From contig CAWEZH010000003.1 in NCBI GenBank assembly GCA_963813535.1, positions 416,001-480,000 on the forward strand: a stretch of DNA of 64,000 nt, given 5' to 3'. A program made the position numbers and the translations under genes. The notes under the pieces were generated by a model, which did not search any database, was not told where the DNA came from, and saw nothing but the letters and a program-made list of their open reading frames with translations. Source of the DNA: an uncultured Chloroflexia bacterium (GTDB lineage: Bacteria; Chloroflexota; Limnocylindria; Limnocylindrales; CSP1-4). Shown piece by piece: positions 58,203 through 64,000 of the stretch (position 1 is the stretch's first letter; the number at the start of each line of letters is the position of its first letter).

Positions 58203-58302
58203 CGGAACCTCCTGAACGATGGGCCGGGACGGGCGGGGTGAGGCAAGGATACGCCCGGTCGCCGTGGCGACCGGGCGCGGAGCACCGGGGTCTTGGCTTG
58301 GA

Positions 58303-59760
58303 TCACATCTCGCTGTAGAGGTAGAACTCGTAGGGGTGCGGCCGCAGCTGGACTTCCTTGGCGCCGGCCCGCTTGAAATCGAGCCACGCCTCGACGACGT
58401 CCGGCGTGAAGACATCACCGCGGTACAGGAACTCCTGGTCGGCCTCGAGGGCGTCGAGCGCCTCCTCGAGCGAGCCGGGGGTACCGTCGATGCCGGCCTT
58501 CTCCTCAGCGCTCATCTCGTAGATGTCGCGATCGATCGGGGCGGGCGGCTCGATCTTGTTGATGACGCCGTCGAGCCCCGCCAGCAACTGGGCGCTGAAC
58601 GACAGGTACGGGTTGCAGGTCGGATCGGGCGACCGGAACTCGAGCCGGCGAGCGCCGGGCGTCGTGAAGTAGGTCGGGATGCGGATGCAGGCCGAACGGT
58701 TGCGCTGCGAATAGACCAGGTTGATCGGCGCCTCGTAGCCCGGCACCAGCCGGCGATACGAGTTGGTCGTCGGCGCGGCGAATGCGAGCACCGCCTTGGC
58801 GTGCTTCAGCAGACCGCCGATGTACCAGCGCGCCGTGTCCGACAGGAGCGCGTAACCCTTCTCGTCATAGAAGAGATTCGTGCCGTCCTTCCACAGGCTC
58901 TGGTGGGTGTGCATGCCCGACCCATTGTCCCCGAAGACCGGCTTCGGCATGAACGTCGCGACCTTGCCGGCCGACCGGGCGACCTGCTTGACCAGGTACT
59001 TGTAGCGAAGGACCTTGTCCGCGGTCTCGACCAGCGTCCCGTAGTGGATATCGATCTCGGCCTGGCCCGGGCCACCGACCTCGTGGTGCTGGACCTCGAC
59101 GTCGATGCCGGACGCCTGGAGCGCAAGGACCATCTGGCTGCGCAGGTCTTGGAGCGTGTCCATCGGCGGGACCGGGAAGTAGCCCTCCTTGGGCCGCGGG
59201 CGGTGGGCGAGGTTGGGCGTCCCGTTGCGGCCCGAATTCCAGGCACCCTCGTCCGAGTCGATCTCGTACATGGACTTGTGGCCGAACGTCTCGAATCGGA
59301 GGGAGTCGAAGATGTAGAACTCCAGCTCGGGGCCCCAGAACGAGGTCGTCGCGATACCGCTCTCGGTCAGGTAGCGCTCCGCTTTGCGCGCGATGTAGCG
59401 CGGGTCCCGGCTGTAGGGCTCACGGCTCCCGGGCTCCACGACGTCGCAGGTCAGGATCAGGGTCGTGATGTCAAGGCTCGGATCGACGTACGCCGTGGTC
59501 GGGTCCGGCATCAGCAGCATGTCCGACTCGTGGATGTGCTGGAAGCCGCGGATGCTCGAGCCGTCGAACCCGATCCCGTCGATGAAGAGGTCCTCACCGA
59601 GCTCCTTGACCGGGATGCTGAAGTGCTGCGACTGGCCGGGTAGATCGACGAAGCGCAGGTCGACCATCAGGACGCCGGCCTCGCGGGCGAGCGACATGAC
59701 GTCGGCGACGGTCGTAGTGGAAGTGGCGACGCCGCTAGGGATCCGCTCGAGGGTCGTCAT
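58303..59760 (-). CDS. glnA: Glutamine synthetase type I, GSI-beta
   Basis: Motifs FDGSSIRGFQHIHESDM, the beta insertion (SDEGAWNSGR...RPKEGYFPVPP), DNGSGMH, RLVPGYEAP, YSQRNRSACIRIP, adenylylation Tyr (RDIYEM) and RPHPYEFYLY. Confidence 0.95.
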   Translation of the reverse strand: MTTLERIPSGVATSTTTVADVMSLAREAGVLMVDLRFVDLPGQSQHFSIPVKELGEDLFIDGIGFDGSSIRGFQHIHESDMLLMPDPTTAYVDPSLDITTLILTCDVVEPGSREPYSRDPRYIARKAERYLTESGIATTSFWGPELEFYIFDSLRFETFGHKSMYEIDSDEGAWNSGRNGTPNLAHRPRPKEGYFPVPPMDTLQDLRSQMVLALQASGIDVEVQHHEVGGPGQAEIDIHYGTLVETADKVLRYKYLVKQVARSAGKVATFMPKPVFGDNGSGMHTHQSLWKDGTNLFYDEKGYALLSDTARWYIGGLLKHAKAVLAFAAPTTNSYRRLVPGYEAPINLVYSQRNRSACIRIPTYFTTPGARRLEFRSPDPTCNPYLSFSAQLLAGLDGVINKIEPPAPIDRDIYEMSAEEKAGIDGTPGSLEEALDALEADQEFLYRGDVFTPDVVEAWLDFKRAGAKEVQLRPHPYEFYLYSEM

Positions 59761-59783
59761 CGCGATGGTGGTCCTCCGTCCGC

Positions 59784-59896
59784 TTTGTGCATCCCGCACG
59801 AAACAGCGGGCATACACCTCGGGAGGACACGGTATCAGGCAACCGGGTTGCAATTCAGTACCGGCGCTGGTGCAACTTCTTGTGCATTTTGCATGA
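59784..59896. promoter_or_regulatory. Two probable PucR/CdaR-type inverted-repeat sites upstream of glnA
   Basis: TTTGTGC-ATCCC-GCACGAA (59784-59802) and TTGTGCA-TTT-TGCATGA (59880-59896), in an AT-richer patch. Confidence 0.5.
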
Positions 59897-61367
59897 CCTT
59901 GACCGCAAGCATCAGCGCCACTCGAAGGTCGGGGTCGGAGAGGTCCCAATCGCCCCGCGACTCCAGCCGCTGGACGCGATACGCGATGGTGTTGCGGTGC
60001 ACGCCGAGGCGCGCGGCCGCTTCGGCCAGGCTCGGAGATGACAGCACGGCGGCCAGCGTGTCGATGCGCTCGCGCTGGGCGTCCTCCCGGCCGACGAGGA
60101 TGGGCGCGAGGAGTTCGCGGGCCTGGCGGATGCCGTCGGGGAGGTTGCGCACGTTGCCGAGCAGGAGGTAGGCGGGCAGCCGGGACGCCCGGACGATGCG
60201 CGGCGGGTCGGGCAGGAGATCGGCCGCCTCGAGCGTGGCACGCGCCGCGGCCTCGGCGGCCGGTCGCGCACCAGGTTCACTGAACGACCGGCTCACGGCG
60301 ATCGTCCGATCAAGGAACGTCGCGAGGCGGCTCGCCGTTTCGAGGCCATCCGGATCGTCGGCCGGTGCCGCAGCGACCAGGCGCAGCTCGAGGCTTTCCG
60401 AGCTGCCGCGGAGCAGCAACCGGCGCGGCGACATCAGGAGCCGGAGCTCGGCCCGGGTCTCCTCGCGGGCCGCGATGTCGTCCGGCCCGTCGGGAAAGCG
60501 CTGCGCCGCCAGCATCACGACCCACGGTGGGCCGTCGGCCGGGAGCGGGTCCCCTCTACGGGTCTCCTCGCGCGCCTGGCGAACGGCCTCGTCTCGTGCC
60601 AGCTCGAGGGCGAGCAGGGCGGCCACGCGTTCCGCGGCGATCCGGTCGAGCTCGTCCGGCGGCTCCTCGCCGAGCAGGATCAATCGACCGCCGGTGCCGG
60701 TCTCGCCGGCCGGGGCCGGGATATCGATCCGGAGCGCTCCCGCGCCGGATGGTCGGGCGAGGTAGCTCGCGACGGCGGCAGCCGCGGTCGGCAGATCGGC
60801 CGGAGCGTGGACCGCGATCGGGTCGCCTCGGCGGCCCTCGATCACCACGGCCCGACCGAGGAAGGCGCCGATCGTCGCAGCCTGCATGTCGAGCCCGCGA
60901 CCCAGCAGGGCGAACCGGGCGAGCTGCGCCTCCAAGTCCGCGGCGCGACGATCGAGCTCGGCGCGCCGGTTGACGAGGAAGCCGATCACGCTCCTCTCGA
61001 GCGCGACCGGATCGACCCGGCCGAGGTGGAGGGCCGTCAGGCCGGCGGTCGTGGCGGCGTCGCCGAGCGCCGACAATCGATCGTTGCCTGCGTCCCCTTC
61101 GACCAGGAGGACGGCCGGTACGCGGGCGTGCGCGAGCGCGACGATCAGGTCGTGGAGTTGGGCTGGGCCGGGCGCCACGACGGCAAGCGCCGGCGCCGGG
61201 ATGATCGCAAGGTCGCCGGTCTCGAGGGCGTCGAATGCCGGCACCCTGGGCTTGAGGACCCGCACCCAGCCGACCTCGCGCTCGCCCCGCTCGGCCGTCA
61301 GGTCATCACCGGCGACCGGTCGTGCCGTCGGGAACAGCGCCCGATGGAGATCGTGGAGCGCGGTCAC
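59835..61367 (-). CDS. PucR/CdaR-family transcriptional regulator
   Basis: GTG 61367 overlaps the resB stop. N-terminal EVGWVRVL...LETGDL and C-terminal HTH SLAEAAARLGVHRNTIAYRVQRLE...DLSDPDLR. Confidence 0.9.
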   Translation of the reverse strand: MTALHDLHRALFPTARPVAGDDLTAERGEREVGWVRVLKPRVPAFDALETGDLAIIPAPALAVVAPGPAQLHDLIVALAHARVPAVLLVEGDAGNDRLSALGDAATTAGLTALHLGRVDPVALERSVIGFLVNRRAELDRRAADLEAQLARFALLGRGLDMQAATIGAFLGRAVVIEGRRGDPIAVHAPADLPTAAAAVASYLARPSGAGALRIDIPAPAGETGTGGRLILLGEEPPDELDRIAAERVAALLALELARDEAVRQAREETRRGDPLPADGPPWVVMLAAQRFPDGPDDIAAREETRAELRLLMSPRRLLLRGSSESLELRLVAAAPADDPDGLETASRLATFLDRTIAVSRSFSEPGARPAAEAAARATLEAADLLPDPPRIVRASRLPAYLLLGNVRNLPDGIRQARELLAPILVGREDAQRERIDTLAAVLSSPSLAEAAARLGVHRNTIAYRVQRLESRGDWDLSDPDLRVALMLAVKVMQNAQEVAPAPVLNCNPVA

Positions 61368-62812
61368 CCGGTGGCCGGGCGGCGGACCCTGACGAGATCG
61401 TCGAGCAGTGCGCCGAATTCGCGCTCGACGTCGACATAGCGGTCGGCACGGAACACCAGTCCGAGCCGGCCGTCGGTCGTGAGGCGGGCCCAGATACGGC
61501 GGCGGGGCCGGTAGAAGCTGATGGTGATCCCGGCGATGAGGCTCAGGAACGCCGCCCAGACGATGCCCTGGCCCGGGTCGCGTTTGGCGATCACGAGGGT
61601 GTATTCCCCGAAATCGGCCAGCGCGACCGAGATCCCCAGCGCGTCCGACACCTTCTCGTCCCCGACCCGGAGGCGGACGGCATCGAAGTTCTGGACCTGA
61701 TCGGCTCCGTCCGCGTCGGTCCCGACGACGCGGTACGGCAGGACGACCAGCACACCCGCGCCCGCGTCGTCGCGCCCGAGCAGGAGTTGCAGGCCGAGGT
61801 CGCGGCCCGGGACGGCCATGGTCTCGTACGGTGCTCCACCTGCCGAACCGAGCATCGGCACCTTGGCGTCCCAGAGCGGCGCCCCATCCGCATCCTTGAC
61901 CACGATGTGCGGCGCCGGCCCGAAGCCGTTCTGGTGGAACGTGTAGCCGCCGACGCCGAGGGGGTCGTTGACGCGGATGGTCTTGCGCGCGACCTCGGAG
62001 CCGTTCTGGAAGACGGCGAGGTCGGTCGTGAAATCGGTCGGCATGCCCGTCTCGAAGCCCGGCGCCTCGAAGTCGTTGTTCTTGACGAGCATCAGGTCGC
62101 TCGTCCCGATGTTCTGGACGGTGCGCGACTCGCCCTCCGGGATGACCAGCCCGAGCTCGTCGCCGAACCTCGATGTCACCGCCGCCGCCACCAGGAAGAG
62201 GACCAGGCCGAGGTGGGTGAGCAGAGTCGCCATCTTCGTGTACTGGTGGCGATCGCCGTACACGTACCTCGTTCCGTCCGCGCCGGCCTCCTCGCGCACA
62301 TGGAAGCCACGGGCACGCACCACACCGGCAAGGTCCCTGCCTGCCATACCGGTCATCGCCGCGCGGTCGGGCAGCCGTGGATCGAAGAACGGCTCGGGCT
62401 GTGCGACGCGGACCGCGGACACGTCCCGCCACAAGCGCGGCGTCCGATCCAACGTGCAGACCACGATCGAGATCACCAGCACGACCAGACCGATGCCGAA
62501 GATCGGCGACTTGAAGATCGAGAAGACGCCGAGACGCTCGAGGACGTTGACGATCCCCGGGCCGAGGACCGGGTCGTACCGGATGTGGATGGCCTCGATG
62601 GAGGTCGCGTAGTCCGCCGGTGACCGGAACGCGAAGTCAGGGAGTTGCTGCAGGGTCATGCCGATCGCGGCCAGGATCGACAGGAAGATGATCTGGGCGA
62701 CGGCGAAGTCGACCGATGTCAGCAGACGCCAGATACCCCGCCCGACCTGGGCGAACGGGTTCGTGGGCGCGCCCGTGGCGCTCGCCGCCTGGACGGCGGC
62801 CGGTGTCGCCAC
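61364..62812 (-). CDS. resB: Cytochrome c biogenesis protein ResB/Ccs1
   Basis: WRLLTSVDFA...GMTLQQ, CTLDR, THLGLVL, IRVNDPL..GGYTFHQ and RDPG..IVW...SFY.PRRRIW. Confidence 0.9.
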   Translation of the reverse strand: MATPAAVQAASATGAPTNPFAQVGRGIWRLLTSVDFAVAQIIFLSILAAIGMTLQQLPDFAFRSPADYATSIEAIHIRYDPVLGPGIVNVLERLGVFSIFKSPIFGIGLVVLVISIVVCTLDRTPRLWRDVSAVRVAQPEPFFDPRLPDRAAMTGMAGRDLAGVVRARGFHVREEAGADGTRYVYGDRHQYTKMATLLTHLGLVLFLVAAAVTSRFGDELGLVIPEGESRTVQNIGTSDLMLVKNNDFEAPGFETGMPTDFTTDLAVFQNGSEVARKTIRVNDPLGVGGYTFHQNGFGPAPHIVVKDADGAPLWDAKVPMLGSAGGAPYETMAVPGRDLGLQLLLGRDDAGAGVLVVLPYRVVGTDADGADQVQNFDAVRLRVGDEKVSDALGISVALADFGEYTLVIAKRDPGQGIVWAAFLSLIAGITISFYRPRRRIWARLTTDGRLGLVFRADRYVDVEREFGALLDDLVRVRRPATG

Positions 62813-62821
62813 GGAAAAGGC

Positions 62822-64000
62822 CTAGACGCCGACCGGAGCGCTGCGCGCGGCGCTGCGGGCGACCTCGAGCGCAGCGGCGAAGTCGGCCTGCAGATCCTCG
62901 ATGTCCTCGAGCCCCACGGACACGCGCAGCAGACCCGGGTTGATGCCCGACGCGACCAGCTCGTCTTCCGAGAGCTGGCGCTGGGAGGTCGAGGGCGGGT
63001 GGACGACGAACGTGTGGACGCTGCCGAGCGAGGCGGTCAGCTCGGGGAGGGCCATCGCATCGATGATCGCCTGACCGGCCTCGCGACCACCCTCGACATC
63101 GAAGGCGAGCATCCCACCGGAGACGCCGTCGCGGAACTGGCGGACGGCGATGTCGTGCTGGGGATGGCTTGCTAGACCTGGGTACATGACGCGGACCACG
63201 CCTTCCTGACGCTCGAGCCACGCCGCGAGTGCCGCCGCATTCCCCGAATGGCGCTCCATCCGCACGCCCAGCGTCAGCAGCCCCCGCAGGATGAGGAACG
63301 CATCGAAGGGACCGATGGTGCCGCCCGTGTCGTTCTGGAACGCCTCGACCTGACGGACCAGCTCGGCGCGGCCGGCGACGACACCGGCGATGACGTCGCT
63401 GTGACCACCAAGGAACTTGGTCGCCGATTCGATGACGAGGTCCGCACCGAGTTCGATCGGCCGGCAGACGTAGGGCGAAGCGAAGGTGTTGTCGACCACG
63501 TAGCTCGCCCCGTGCTCGTGCGCGAGCCGCGCGACCGTCGCGTGATCGGTCACCACGGTCGTCGGGTTGGCGATGGTCTCGGCGTAGACGACCTGCGTCG
63601 GTGCGGCCGCGATGGCGGCGGCCACGGCGGCGTTGTCGGTCATGTCGACGAGGTCCACCCTGACGCCGAACCGCGTGAAGATGTCGCCCAGGAGCTTGCG
63701 GGTGGAGCCGTACGCCGCGAGCGGACCGACGACCCGGTCGCCCGCCTTGAGTCGCGAGCCAAGGGCCGCATGGACCGCGCCCATGCCGGAGGACAGCGAG
63801 GTGCCGGCTTCCGCACCGGCGATCTCGGCGAAGGCGTCGCCGAGCGCGCGGCTGGTCGGGTTGGAGAGGCGCGTATAGGAGTACCCGGCCCGTGCGTCGC
63901 TGACGACGTCGGCCAGCTCCTCGGCGTCGGTCGAGGTGAACGTCGCGGTCTGGTAGATCGGCACCGTGGTCGGCCGCTGGTTCACGGCCGGCGTGCGCGA
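62822..64000 (-). CDS. PLP-dependent trans-sulfuration enzyme (Cys/Met metabolism, MetB/MetZ/MGL family); start probably beyond the right edge
   Basis: Motifs PIYQTATF, YTRLSNPT, SSGMGA, ETIANP, VDNTFASP, SATKFLGGHSD, SLGSV and RVSVGLED. Confidence 0.92.
   Translation of the reverse strand, partial: SRTPAVNQRPTTVPIYQTATFTSTDAEELADVVSDARAGYSYTRLSNPTSRALGDAFAEIAGAEAGTSLSSGMGAVHAALGSRLKAGDRVVGPLAAYGSTRKLLGDIFTRFGVRVDLVDMTDNAAVAAAIAAAPTQVVYAETIANPTTVVTDHATVARLAHEHGASYVVDNTFASPYVCRPIELGADLVIESATKFLGGHSDVIAGVVAGRAELVRQVEAFQNDTGGTIGPFDAFLILRGLLTLGVRMERHSGNAAALAAWLERQEGVVRVMYPGLASHPQHDIAVRQFRDGVSGGMLAFDVEGGREAGQAIIDAMALPELTASLGSVHTFVVHPPSTSQRQLSEDELVASGINPGLLRVSVGLEDIEDLQADFAAALEVARSAARSAPVGV

Noticed and set aside
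59848-59876. Possible sigma54 promoter or NtrC site upstream of glnA (CGGTACTGAATTGCA; TGCACCA)
   Set aside because: The GG-to-GC spacing is 9 rather than the required 10, and only one NtrC half-site matches.

Overview
This is a high-GC, gene-dense stretch of bacterial chromosome. Gene content and style suggest Chloroflexota (Limnocylindria-like) or an actinobacterium; that assignment is inference. I found no mobile element, integrase or CRISPR array. Contents from left to right: (1) selenocysteine machinery (selA partial, tRNA-Sec, selD) beside a Sec-containing, split NAD-linked formate dehydrogenase cluster. The cluster has an in-frame UGA with a SECIS hairpin, and a Cys4-tagged class III nucleotide cyclase sits inside the operon. 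(2) lysA, a hydrolase, a large secreted protein, RlpA-like, AlkA-like and TfoX genes, and an FAD oxidoreductase. (3) A ParB/Srx-fold plus metallophosphoesterase pair, betA and an M28 peptidase. (4) A ~19-kb L-rhamnose/rhamnoside utilisation locus. (5) Tandem degenerate arginase-family genes with a CPBP protease, an XRE operon with three operators, a GT4, Hsp15 and tRNA-Pro. (6) A response regulator, histidine kinase and GerMN lipoprotein module, an MFS transporter and a Kelch protein. (7) Tandem GSI-beta and GSI-alpha glutamine synthetases downstream of a PucR-type regulator, resB, and a partial trans-sulfuration enzyme. Four single-base insertions break three otherwise intact genes and are probably assembly errors. 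Many genes look leaderless. All family calls come from motifs recognised by eye, with no database search.
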